From: a virus
Reading direction: 5' to 3' (one strand)
DNA length: 64,000 bases
Virus record (IMG/VR): IMGVR_UViG_3300032236_001232
Span: 32,001-96,000 of that record
The notes below the pieces were generated by a model that was not told where the DNA came from, did no database searches, and worked only from the letters and a program-made list of their open reading frames with translations. The position numbers were made by a program, and so were the translations under genes. Of the stretch, positions 41,213-51,159 are shown piece after piece (positions within the stretch are counted from its first letter, which is position 1; each line of letters opens with the position of its first letter).

Positions 41213-44200
41213 TTATAAGGCCGCTACTCTGCTCTGGAAGTCTAGGAAGCTACTAGATGCTGCTACAACTGCTTTGAAAGCCGCCAATGTCATATAAGCT
41301 GCCGAACCATTTGCAATAGCAGGACCATTTATATCAACCCAATAACTTGTTGTGCCATCGTTAGTGTATCGATACATTGTGTCATTGCTGGTATTGTACC
41401 AAATGTCTCCAACTGTAGCATTAGCCGGCACAGTCGATGTGCTTGAACTACGCACACCGCCACCGACAATGTGTCCAGCAACATTAAGTTCGCCGCCCAT
41501 TCCAACATCTGTGCTGAAATAGCTAGCACCTGTTACACCAAGACCGCCGCCAGTGATATTAACACTTTGCGATGCTACTGTGCTGCTGCTAGCTGTTCCA
41601 CCACTAAATGTGCTGGTGCTTTGCCATACAGGAGCATTACCTGTGCCATATACTAGATGCTGTTGAGCTGTACCACCTGCCAAGAACGCTGTGGTGCTAG
41701 CACCAGTTTGATATGGTAAACTTCCAGCACTGCCTCCAATAATATTATTGGATTTTACAGAACTATCAACATACATGCTACTGGTACTAACAAAAGCAGT
41801 AGCACCTGCGGCAGTTTGATAAGCAAACTGACCAGTTGTTCCACCAAACAAGTTCTGCGCACTGACAGCACCGTTAACATACATACTGCCGGTACTAACA
41901 AAAGCAGTAGTATTAGCAGCACTTTGATATGCAAACTGTCCAGTTGTTCCACCTAGTAAGTTTTGAGAGTTAACAGCATTACCAACATACATACTCGCAG
42001 TGCTAGCAAAAGCAGTAGTGCCCGGAGCAGTTTGATAAGCAAACTGGTTGGCCGTTCCGCCTGCTAGGTTAGTAGCTGTAGTAGCTAATGCGGCTGTTCC
42101 TGCTAGCGCACCAACGAATGATGTAGCAGTTACAACACCACCGACAAACAAGTTGCCACCAAATCCAGCACCGCCAACAACTACCAATGCACCTGTGTTA
42201 GTAGAAGTAACACCGGTTGTAGCACTAACTTTAATTCCGCCGGCATTTGATCCTGCGCTAACCCAGTATGCGCTACCGTCATATAGCCAAGAAGCATATG
42301 GTGTGCTTGTTGTTCCAATCTGTAAACCAGAACCAGCTGCTAGAGCTGCACTGCCGCTGCCTGTGCTTAGTGTTAATGTCTTATCGCCTGTAGCAATGCT
42401 ATTGCTATTAACAGTAAACGAAGTTCCGTCAACATACAAGTCGCCTGCTAGATAAGCACTACCACCAACAAACAAGTTACCACCGATACCAGCACCGCCA
42501 ACTACTTGGAATGCACCAGTTGTAGTAGACGAAGCATTTGTGTTACCAGTTACACTAACGTTGCCTGTAGCAAGTGTTGTGCCATTATAAGTTAATCCAC
42601 TACCGAATGTTGTAGCGCCTGCAGCACTTTGATATGGAATTTGGTTAGTAGCACCGCCAATAATGTTATTGGCATTAACAGCACTATTAACATAGATACT
42701 ACCAGTGGTAGTAAATGCTGGAGCAGATCCTGCACCCTGACTAACCAACAACCAACCAGCAGTTCCCTGTGCTAAGAAAGCAGTGGTATCTGGGGCACTT
42801 TGATATACTAATGCACCATTTCCTGCCCCATTTCCTAGTAAATTCTTAGCAAAACCAACCTGTTGTGTGCTGGTGTTACCTGGGTTGAGAATATTAGCAA
42901 CAGCAGCATTACCAACATACATACTACCTGTGCTAGCAAAAGCAGTAGCACCTGCAGCAGTTTGATATGCAAACTGTCCAGTTGTTCCACCAAACAAGTT
43001 CTGAGCACTAACAGCACCATTAACATACATACTACCTGTGCTAACAAACGCAGTAGTATTTGCAGCGCTTTGATATGCAAATTGTCCAGTTGTTCCACCT
43101 AGCAGATTCTGAGAATTAACTGCGTTACCGACATACATACTTGCAGTGCTAGCAAAAGCAGTAGCACCTGCAGCAGTTTGATAAGCGAATTGGTTAGCAC
43201 TTCCGCCTGCTAAATTAACAGCAGTAGTCATCAATGTAGATGTTGTTAGCGTAACCGTAGCTACATTGGAAGAAACACTAGCACTAAGTCCTGTACTAAA
43301 GTTAATAGTGCCTGCATTACCCTGACCAACTCCAAGACTTTGAATAGCCAATGCACTAGCTGTACTAACAGCGTATGGTCCAACAAAGAAATTGGTAGCT
43401 GTTACAACCCCACCAACATACATTCCACCGCCTACGCCAACACCACCGGTTACAACTAAAGCACCTGTGGTGGTTGAATTTGTTGATGTATTTGAATATA
43501 CCGATAAATTACCGTTGATATCGATCTGCATCTTTGTACCAAACGGAGTATACCAACGGAAGTTGCCGTTATAGTTGTCTATCTGCCAAGTTGTACCACT
43601 GTTAGCAAATCCAATTCTTGGACTTGCCGGAGTACTGCCTGCTACCCCTAGGTATAAAGCAACAGTAGTAGTCGAAGCTACTTCATCGTAGGCACCGGTA
43701 AATTTACCGTATCCACTGGAAATAACATTACCCCCTACACCTATACCGCCTGCAACTTGTAACGCTCCGGTTACTGTTGATGTAGCATTAGTTGTACCAG
43801 GAACTACAATATTAGTAGCAGTAAATGTTGTGCCGTTAAATGTTAATCCACTACCAAATGTAGTAGCACCTGCAGCACTCTGATAAGGAATTTGATCCTT
43901 AGCACCACCAATAATATTATTAGAGTTAACAGCACTATTAACATAAATGCTACCAGTACTGGTATATACCGGAATAGCAGCACCACCACTTACAAGAATC
44001 TGGCCTGCTGTACCTGGACCTACATAGTCGGTAGTACTAGGAGCACTTTGATACAATAGTTGACCAGCAGTACCGCCTCGTATTTCTTCTGCATACACAG
44101 CACTGTTGACATACATACTGCCAGTGCTGGTAAATGCAGGAGCACCATTAGTAGTCGCTTGTAGGAATTGTCCTGTTGTACCACTGTTAACAAACGCAGT

Positions 44201-46756
44201 TGTATTGGCCGCACTTTGATATGCAATTTGTCCCTGCGAACCAGCTAACACATTAGCGGCAAATCCAACTTGTTGTGTGCTAGTGTTACCTGCATTTAGA
44301 ATGTTAGCTACGGCGGCATTACCTACGTAGATACTTCCTGTACTGGTATATGTAGGAGCACTGGTTCCGGCACTGACTAAAATCTGACCTGTTGTTCCTG
44401 GTCCAACAAATCCTGTTACACCCGGACTGCTTTGATATGTTAACTGACCAGCTGTGCCACCACGCAATGTTTCGGCATTGACTGCGCTATTAACATAGAT
44501 ACTGCCTGTGCTAGTATATGTAGGAGCACTGGCACCGGCACTGACTAACAGTTGTCCTGCTGTTCCTGGCCCGACAAATCCAGTTGTGTCTGTTGCACTT
44601 TGATAAACTATTTGTCCTGCTGTTCCGCCGACAATATTATTGGCCTTTGAGGCTGTTCCTGAGAACGCACCAATAAATGTCGTAGCTGTTACGGTACCGC
44701 CTACAACCAATCCTCCGCCGATACCAACACCACCGGCTACTCTAAGAGCACCAGTTTGTGTATTAAGAACTCCTTCTGTGCTTTTTAGAAATACTCTACC
44801 AGTTTGGAATGTACCATAGGTTGCAGTGTTAAAGGTACCGCCTGTTCCTTCAGCACCAGTTTCGTACCATTCTAGATATTTGCTGTCATTAGCTAGCACT
44901 AGTGCAGCATTGTTGTCTGCCCCCGCATAATAATGGAAACGGAATCCAATATCCTTACCATCATCAACTGACCACTGTCCGTATACTCCGGTAGGAGGAA
45001 CGTGCATTTCGATAATGTTGTCTGTATAGTATGTGTTAGTACTAAGGTTATAAGTTGCTGTACCGTTAAATGTAACAGTTCCACGGAATGTTGTATCACC
45101 ACCGACTACTAAGGTTTTATCAACCCAAGCACCGCCTGCTACATATAATGAGTTGCTAGTATTTGTACCTGTATCAGCACTAGTGCTACCAGCAATTAAA
45201 GAACCTGCAGTTTTTAATCCAGCGCTGAAATAGCTATCACCTGTTACACCAAGTCCGCCACTGGTAATTGTAACGCTTTGATTTGCTACACCGGTTGCAC
45301 TGGCTGTACCACCACTAAATGTGCTGGTGCTTTGCCATACTAGTGTATTGCCCGTTCCATAAACTAAATGTTGCTGAGCCGCTCCGCCTGCTAAGAAAGT
45401 AGTAACTCCTGCTGCACTTTGATATGGTAAACTTCCAGCGCTGCCTCCACGCAATGTTTCAGCGTTAACAGCACTATTAACATAGATACTGCCAGTAGTA
45501 GTAAATGCCGGAGCAGAACCTGCACCTTGACTAACCAACAACCAACCAGCAGTTCCTTGTGCTAAGAAAGCAGTGGTGTTGGCAGCACTTTGATATACCA
45601 ATGCGCCGTTTCCTGCTCCATTGCCCAGTAAATTAGCAGCATAACCAACTTGTTGTGTACTGGTGTTACCTGGATTAAGGATGTTGGCAATAGCAGCATT
45701 GCCAACATACATACTGGCAGTGCTAGTAAAGCTAGGAGCGCCATTTGTAGTAGCTTGTAGGAATTGTCCAGTTGTTCCGCTGTTTGCAAAAGCTGTTGCT
45801 CCTGCAGCAGTTTGATAATGAATTTGTCCCTGTGAACCGCCTGCTAAATTAACAGCAGTTGTCATTAGGGTAGATGTTGTTAGTGTAACTGTGGCTACAT
45901 TAGCAGAAACACTGGCGCTAAGACCTGTGCTAAAGTTAATAGTACCAGCATTACCTTGGCCAACTCCAAGACTTTGAATAGCTAATGCACTAGCGGTGCT
46001 AACAGCATATGGTCCAACGAATAAATTAGTAGCAGTGATCACTCCGCCGACATACATTCCACCGCCTACGCCAACACCACCAGCTACCTGTAATGCGCCA
46101 GTATTTGTGCTAGTAACACCAATTGTAGAACTAATATTGGTAGTAGTAAATGTACCAGTATTGGCTGTGATTCTGCCAACTCCGAGAATATCACCACCGC
46201 CCATATCAATATCGCCGCCCGAAGAACCAGCAATAGTTAATGTTCCGCCAATGTATAGGTCTTTACCAACGGCTAATCCGCCAGCTACTTGCAATGCTCC
46301 GGTAACTGTCGATGTAGCATTAGTTACACCAGGAACAATAATATTAGTAGCAGTAAATGTAGTACCGTCAAATGTTAATCCACTGTTAAACGTAGTGATA
46401 CCTACTGCGCTTTGATAAGGAATCTGGTTCTTTAAACCACCTGCTATATTGGTAGCAGTATTGGCAGTAGCAGCCGATACGTTGCCACCAAGTGTACCAT
46501 TAAATGTACCATATATTGCTGTTGCTGTTAAAGCACCACCAATATACATTCCGCCGCCGACTCCAACTCCGCCTATGACTTGTAAGGCTCCTGTTGTGGT
46601 ATTAGCAACTCCTGTATTGTTGGTAATGCTGAGATAAGTTGTAGATGTAACTTGTCCAGCAACTCTGGTCCATGCGGTAGTTGAAGTGCTGTAGGAGTAG
46701 GTTATTCCATTAACTACTGCGGTTTGTCCATTTGCGGGCGACGTTGGAAATGACAT
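41213..46756 (-). CDS. Long tail fibre protein with GQxxYQ(S/T)AxxTTAF repeats
   Basis: 1847 aa, rich in Gly, Thr, Ser and Ala; more than 15 YQ(S/T)A repeats; N-terminal MSFPTSPANGQ; C-terminal VGDIWYN module; no S74 domain. Confidence 0.85.
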   Translation of the reverse strand: MSFPTSPANGQTAVVNGITYSYSTSTTAWTRVAGQVTSTTYLSITNNTGVANTTTGALQVIGGVGVGGGMYIGGALTATAIYGTFNGTLGGNVSAATANTATNIAGGLKNQIPYQSAVGITTFNSGLTFDGTTFTATNIIVPGVTNATSTVTGALQVAGGLAVGKDLYIGGTLTIAGSSGGDIDMGGGDILGVGRITANTGTFTTTNISSTIGVTSTNTGALQVAGGVGVGGGMYVGGVITATNLFVGPYAVSTASALAIQSLGVGQGNAGTINFSTGLSASVSANVATVTLTTSTLMTTAVNLAGGSQGQIHYQTAAGATAFANSGTTGQFLQATTNGAPSFTSTASMYVGNAAIANILNPGNTSTQQVGYAANLLGNGAGNGALVYQSAANTTAFLAQGTAGWLLVSQGAGSAPAFTTTGSIYVNSAVNAETLRGGSAGSLPYQSAAGVTTFLAGGAAQQHLVYGTGNTLVWQSTSTFSGGTASATGVANQSVTITSGGLGVTGDSYFSAGLKTAGSLIAGSTSADTGTNTSNSLYVAGGAWVDKTLVVGGDTTFRGTVTFNGTATYNLSTNTYYTDNIIEMHVPPTGVYGQWSVDDGKDIGFRFHYYAGADNNAALVLANDSKYLEWYETGAEGTGGTFNTATYGTFQTGRVFLKSTEGVLNTQTGALRVAGGVGIGGGLVVGGTVTATTFIGAFSGTASKANNIVGGTAGQIVYQSATDTTGFVGPGTAGQLLVSAGASAPTYTSTGSIYVNSAVNAETLRGGTAGQLTYQSSPGVTGFVGPGTTGQILVSAGTSAPTYTSTGSIYVGNAAVANILNAGNTSTQQVGFAANVLAGSQGQIAYQSAANTTAFVNSGTTGQFLQATTNGAPAFTSTGSMYVNSAVYAEEIRGGTAGQLLYQSAPSTTDYVGPGTAGQILVSGGAAIPVYTSTGSIYVNSAVNSNNIIGGAKDQIPYQSAAGATTFGSGLTFNGTTFTATNIVVPGTTNATSTVTGALQVAGGIGVGGNVISSGYGKFTGAYDEVASTTTVALYLGVAGSTPASPRIGFANSGTTWQIDNYNGNFRWYTPFGTKMQIDINGNLSVYSNTSTNSTTTGALVVTGGVGVGGGMYVGGVVTATNFFVGPYAVSTASALAIQSLGVGQGNAGTINFSTGLSASVSSNVATVTLTTSTLMTTAVNLAGGSANQFAYQTAAGATAFASTASMYVGNAVNSQNLLGGTTGQFAYQSAANTTAFVSTGSMYVNGAVSAQNLFGGTTGQFAYQTAAGATAFASTGSMYVGNAAVANILNPGNTSTQQVGFAKNLLGNGAGNGALVYQSAPDTTAFLAQGTAGWLLVSQGAGSAPAFTTTGSIYVNSAVNANNIIGGATNQIPYQSAAGATTFGSGLTYNGTTLATGNVSVTGNTNASSTTTGAFQVVGGAGIGGNLFVGGSAYLAGDLYVDGTSFTVNSNSIATGDKTLTLSTGSGSAALAAGSGLQIGTTSTPYASWLYDGSAYWVSAGSNAGGIKVSATTGVTSTNTGALVVVGGAGFGGNLFVGGVVTATSFVGALAGTAALATTATNLAGGTANQFAYQTAPGTTAFASTASMYVGNAVNSQNLLGGTTGQFAYQSAANTTAFVSTGSMYVNGAVSAQNLFGGTTGQFAYQTAAGATAFVSTSSMYVDSSVKSNNIIGGSAGSLPYQTGASTTAFLAGGTAQQHLVYGTGNAPVWQSTSTFSGGTASSSTVASQSVNITGGGLGVTGASYFSTDVGMGGELNVAGHIVGGGVRSSSTSTVPANATVGDIWYNTSNDTMYRYTNDGTTSYWVDINGPAIANGSAAYMTLAAFKAVVAASSSFLDFQSRVAAL

Positions 46757-46821
46757 AATATTTGTTCCTTAGTGTTGGTTTTGTATAGCGTTAGCTATAT
46801 TTATAATTTTGTTTAGGTATT

Positions 46822-49800
46822 TCATTCCGATTGATACCCTTTCTTTAACATTTCGATTTCTTGTTTAAGTTCTTTAATAGCCTCTATAAGCAGTGGCACT
46901 ATTTTTTCATACTGAATAGTTTGATAGTTTTCTCCAGATTTACTTCCACCTGCTCCGTCATCGTCGAACGGTGCTGGACGAACTGCTTCGGGCAATACTG
47001 CTTTAACCTCATCTGCAAATAGTCCTACTAATTTTTTATTTTTATCATATCCAAATGATTCTGCTAAGTCGTTTGGCGTATATGTAATACCATTCAATGA
47101 AAGAACTTTAACCACAGCATTATCGATTATTTGAACATTTTCTTTTAGTCTACGGTCTGAATAGTATGCTGTGACTTCATTAGTAGCACGAATTTCACCA
47201 CCTGTGCCGCTCGGAACCGTTCCTACTCCAAGGCTGAGAATTTGTGCTCCGCTATCACTAGTAGTAGTTCTTGCAATTCCATTAGTGCGAACTTCAAAAG
47301 TTCTTCCAGTGCCACCAGGGTTGTCAATATATCCACCCAGACCCGAAGCATTACTCCATATTTGAACAGCACTTGCTCCTGCTTGTATTAATTTTAGAAA
47401 GGCTCCGGACCCGCCCGAAGAATTAACTGTAACACCTCCACTTCCGTTCGGGGAGTCATTAACAAATAATGTGTTTGCAGTTGTACTATAGGAAAGATTG
47501 CCACTTAATGCTGTTGCATTTTGTCCTGTAATAGTAACACCGACTGGATAAAAAGTATAAGCAGAGGTATTGGTAGCATTAATAACATTGCTTGGTCCAG
47601 AAGCACCGCTAGGTCCTTGCGGTCCTTGAGCTCCAGTATTACCAGTTGGTCCTTGCGGACCTTGTGCTCCAGTATTACCTTGGACTCCTTGTGGTCCTTG
47701 TGGTCCTTGAGCGCCAGTATTGCCTTGCGGTCCTTGTGGTCCTTGTGCGCCAGTATTACCAGTTGGTCCTTGTGGACCTTGAGCACCAGTATTGCCTTGC
47801 GGTCCTTGTGGTCCTTGTGCGCCAGTATTACCAGTTGGTCCTTGTGGTCCTTGTGCGCCAGTATTACCAGTTGGTCCTTGTGGACCAGTTACTCCCTGTG
47901 GTCCCTGTGGTCCCTGGGCACCAGTATTGCCTTGCGGTCCTTGCGGTCCTTGAGCACCAGTGTTACCAGTCGGTCCTTGTGGACCGGTGACTCCTTGTGG
48001 TCCTTGAGCGCCAGTATTGCCTGTTGGTCCCTGTGGTCCTTGAGCGCCAGTATTGCCTGTTGGTCCCTGTGGACCGGTGACTCCTTGTGGGCCTTGAGCA
48101 CCGGTGTTGCCAGTCGGTCCTTGTGGACCTTGTGCGCCAGTATTACCAGTCGGTCCTTGCGGTCCTTGAGCACCTGTGTTACCAGTTACTCCCTGTGGTC
48201 CTTGTGCGCCAGTATTGCCAGTTGGTCCCTGTGGTCCCTGTGCTCCGGTATTACCAGTAGGCCCTTGCGGCCCTGTAACTCCTTGTGGGCCTTGTGCGCC
48301 AGTATTACCTTGCGGTCCAGTTGGACCAGTCGGTCCTACTGCACTAACTAATTGTCCATTGGTATAGATATTACCTGCATATATAGATCCGCCAATACCG
48401 ACTCCGCCTGCAACAATCAATGCCCCAGTTGTAGTAGAACTTGCGGCTGTATTATTAGTTGTTTGTATAACATCGTCAGTTTTAACTAACGTAGTAGTAA
48501 CAGTTGTATATTCTATAGTCAGCTTCTGAGCAACAATTTCTCCGCCAACATATAAATTTCCACCAACGCCAACTCCGCCTATTACTTGTAAGGCTCCTGT
48601 AGAGGTACTACTTGACGAAGTATTATTGCTAACTGATATTGCAGCAAATGTTACTGAGCTGGTAGTATATAGATCTTGATTTGTTCTACTAGGTCCTTGT
48701 GGCCCTGCGACTCCTTGCGGTCCTTGTGGTCCTGCGACTCCTTGCGGTCCTTGAGGTCCTTGTGCTCCGGTGTTACCTGTAACACCTTGCGGTCCTTGAG
48801 CACCAGTGTTACCTGTAACACCTTGCGGTCCTTGTGCGCCAGTATTACCAGTTGGTCCTTGTGGACCTTGAGCACCGGTATTGCCTTGAGGACCTTGTGG
48901 TCCAGTAACTCCTTGAGGTCCTTGTGCGCCAGTATTACCAGTCGGTCCTTGTGGTCCTTGTGCTCCAGTGTTACCCGTAACTCCTTGAGGTCCTTGTGCG
49001 CCAGTATTACCAGTTGGTCCTTGTGGTCCTTGGGCACCTGTATTGCCTTGTGGTCCCTGTGGACCGGTAACTCCTTGCGGCCCTTGAGCACCAGTATCTC
49101 CGGTCGGTCCTTGTGGACCTTGAGCACCGGTATTACCAGTTACACCTTGCGGTCCTTGTGGTCCCTGTGCTCCAGTATTACCAGTCGGCCCTTGTGGCCC
49201 AGTAACTCCTTGAGGTCCTTGTGCGCCAGTATTGCCTTGCGGTCCTTGTGGGCCTTGTGCTCCAGTATTACCAGTTACACCTTGCGGTCCCTGAGCACCA
49301 GTATTACCAGTAACTCCTTGTGGTCCTTGTGGTCCTTGAGCACCAGTATTACCAGTCGGTCCTTGTGGACCTGTAACTCCTTGTGGTCCTTGAGCACCGG
49401 TATCGCCTGTAACTCCTTGTGGGCCTTGTGCGCCAGTATTACCAGTTGGTCCTTGTGGGCCTTGTGCTCCAGTATTACCTGTCGGTCCTTGTGGTCCTGT
49501 AACTCCTTGTGGTCCTTGAGCACCGGTATCGCCTGTTGGTCCTTGTGGGCCAGCCGACCCTGCTGCTCCAATTAATTGTCCATTAGTGTAGATATTGCCA
49601 GCATATAAAGATCCGCCGATTCCTACACCCCCAATAACTTGTAGGGCTCCAGTTATTGTTGAACTAGCTTCAGCATTCCCTGTTACTAATAAATTCTCAG
49701 ATGAAACTTGATGATTCGTTGAATTGTATGTTAATACGGTATCCGCATCTAAAGGACTATAAGTTCCATCCTTAGTTTCGGTTAATGCTACATAATATGT

Positions 49801-51039
49801 ATTGCCTGGTTGAACGTTATTAACTAGAATATTGTCAGAATTGCTAGCACCACCTGCTGTTATTCCTGCTAGCATATCTGCTGTAAAGTTAACTACAGCA
49901 GGCCCGGTCATATCTATCCAATAGATTTCGCCGCTGCCATCATCAGTATATCTATATACAGCATCGTTTGTAGTGTTGTACCAAACATCGCCTACTGTGG
50001 GATTAATCGGTGCATTAGCAGCAGTTGTAGTCCTTACACCGCCACCTATAATTCTACCGCCTACATTTAAATTTCCGCTAATACCTACACCGCCTTCAAC
50101 TAGAACGGCTCCAGTATTTGTTCCTGTAGATTCTATGCCGCCGGTAACTTTAAGTCCCGGACCAGGTCCTGTATTGGCTAATATTGTAGATACCCCAACA
50201 GTTCCTGTGCTAGGACCACCCGGTGTAAGACTAAGTTGGAAGCGTGTAGGACTTAATACAGCAGGAACGTAATATGTTGTTCCAGAAACTAATCCAAGTC
50301 CCGATGTTTGAGGAACTACAACCTCGCCGCCGCTAAAAGCGTGAACGCTATCTGTTAAAAAGCTAACGCCATTAAAACTTAATATAGTTACAGTGGCACT
50401 GGATCCGTTAATGCTGACACTACCACCTACACTAACGTTGTTAGTTATTCTTGCACTACCTGTTAGTATACCACCGCTAATGGATAGTTTAGCAACAGAA
50501 AGTGTTTGACTGCCGGCGTCGTATGTTAATGACGAATCAGCATCCAAAGGACTATAATTTCCATCCTTGAGCTCACTTAATGTCACATAGTAACTAGTAG
50601 TAGAAAAAGTATCTACATTGTTGATTTGAACATTGTCGGCATTAATACTACCGCCGACTGGTCCGGAAATGTTATTCCCGCCTATGGTACCAAATATTGT
50701 ACCACCTACATATACATCGCCGCCAATACCTACTCCGCCTGCTACTGTCAATGCACCAGTATCGGTACTGGTACTGCTAGAAGTATTGAGTATTATAATC
50801 GAATAGGTAGTAGTATTACCCGAGTGTGTAACAGTTTGAAGGGTGGAAGTTGTTAGAACAGCACCGCCTCTGGTATATACTGTCCCACCTACCCAAAGAT
50901 CTTTAACAACAGATGCTCCACCAGCAACGTGAAGCGCACCAGACGAGGTGTCGATAGAATTAGTTGTTGATTCAACTGTGGCAGTTGTTGAGACCACCAG
51001 ACCATTTTTGACTACAAAGTCAATATTATTCAGAGCCAT
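46822..51039 (-). CDS. Collagen-rich tail fibre with a C-terminal S74 chaperone
   Basis: Two long Gly-X-Y runs; N-terminal DFVVKNGL; C-terminal [10 protein letters not shown]...LIEAIKEL. Confidence 0.88.
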   Translation of the reverse strand: MALNNIDFVVKNGLVVSTTATVESTTNSIDTSSGALHVAGGASVVKDLWVGGTVYTRGGAVLTTSTLQTVTHSGNTTTYSIIILNTSSSTSTDTGALTVAGGVGIGGDVYVGGTIFGTIGGNNISGPVGGSINADNVQINNVDTFSTTSYYVTLSELKDGNYSPLDADSSLTYDAGSQTLSVAKLSISGGILTGSARITNNVSVGGSVSINGSSATVTILSFNGVSFLTDSVHAFSGGEVVVPQTSGLGLVSGTTYYVPAVLSPTRFQLSLTPGGPSTGTVGVSTILANTGPGPGLKVTGGIESTGTNTGAVLVEGGVGISGNLNVGGRIIGGGVRTTTAANAPINPTVGDVWYNTTNDAVYRYTDDGSGEIYWIDMTGPAVVNFTADMLAGITAGGASNSDNILVNNVQPGNTYYVALTETKDGTYSPLDADTVLTYNSTNHQVSSENLLVTGNAEASSTITGALQVIGGVGIGGSLYAGNIYTNGQLIGAAGSAGPQGPTGDTGAQGPQGVTGPQGPTGNTGAQGPQGPTGNTGAQGPQGVTGDTGAQGPQGVTGPQGPTGNTGAQGPQGPQGVTGNTGAQGPQGVTGNTGAQGPQGPQGNTGAQGPQGVTGPQGPTGNTGAQGPQGPQGVTGNTGAQGPQGPTGDTGAQGPQGVTGPQGPQGNTGAQGPQGPTGNTGAQGPQGVTGNTGAQGPQGPTGNTGAQGPQGVTGPQGPQGNTGAQGPQGPTGNTGAQGPQGVTGNTGAQGPQGVTGNTGAQGPQGPQGVAGPQGPQGVAGPQGPSRTNQDLYTTSSVTFAAISVSNNTSSSSTSTGALQVIGGVGVGGNLYVGGEIVAQKLTIEYTTVTTTLVKTDDVIQTTNNTAASSTTTGALIVAGGVGIGGSIYAGNIYTNGQLVSAVGPTGPTGPQGNTGAQGPQGVTGPQGPTGNTGAQGPQGPTGNTGAQGPQGVTGNTGAQGPQGPTGNTGAQGPQGPTGNTGAQGPQGVTGPQGPTGNTGAQGPQGPTGNTGAQGPQGVTGPQGPTGNTGAQGPQGPQGNTGAQGPQGPQGVTGPQGPTGNTGAQGPQGPTGNTGAQGPQGPQGNTGAQGPQGPTGNTGAQGPQGPQGNTGAQGPQGPQGVQGNTGAQGPQGPTGNTGAQGPQGPSGASGPSNVINATNTSAYTFYPVGVTITGQNATALSGNLSYSTTANTLFVNDSPNGSGGVTVNSSGGSGAFLKLIQAGASAVQIWSNASGLGGYIDNPGGTGRTFEVRTNGIARTTTSDSGAQILSLGVGTVPSGTGGEIRATNEVTAYYSDRRLKENVQIIDNAVVKVLSLNGITYTPNDLAESFGYDKNKKLVGLFADEVKAVLPEAVRPAPFDDDGAGGSKSGENYQTIQYEKIVPLLIEAIKELKQEIEMLKKGYQSE
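47595..48335 (-). repeat. Collagen-like Gly-X-Y repeat (roughly 80 triplets)
   Basis: [12 protein letters not shown] periodicity. Confidence 0.95.
48690..49560 (-). repeat. Collagen-like Gly-X-Y repeat (roughly 95 triplets)
   Basis: [15 protein letters not shown] triplets. Confidence 0.95.
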
Positions 51040-51116
51040 TAGCTTCCCTCTCCACTATAACGGCTTAGGTTATATAAAGAGTATTTATACGTTTGGGATA
51101 AAGTATAGTATAAAGC

Positions 51117-51143
51117 AAAACAGGACCTTGCGGTCCTGTTTTT
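51117..51143 (-). terminator. Rho-independent terminator (probably bidirectional)
   Basis: AAAACAGGACC-TTGC-GGTCCTGTTTTT. Confidence 0.85.
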
Positions 51144-51159
51144 GCCTAGCTATGCTATA

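Noticed and set aside
25238-49575. Long antisense and alternative-frame ORFs over the collagen regions (e.g. 25266..26018, 47521..48351, 48676..49575; SLWSL and HKDHK repeats)
   Set aside because: They are shadows of the 9-nt periodic Gly-X-Y codons, with no start signals or independent coding features.
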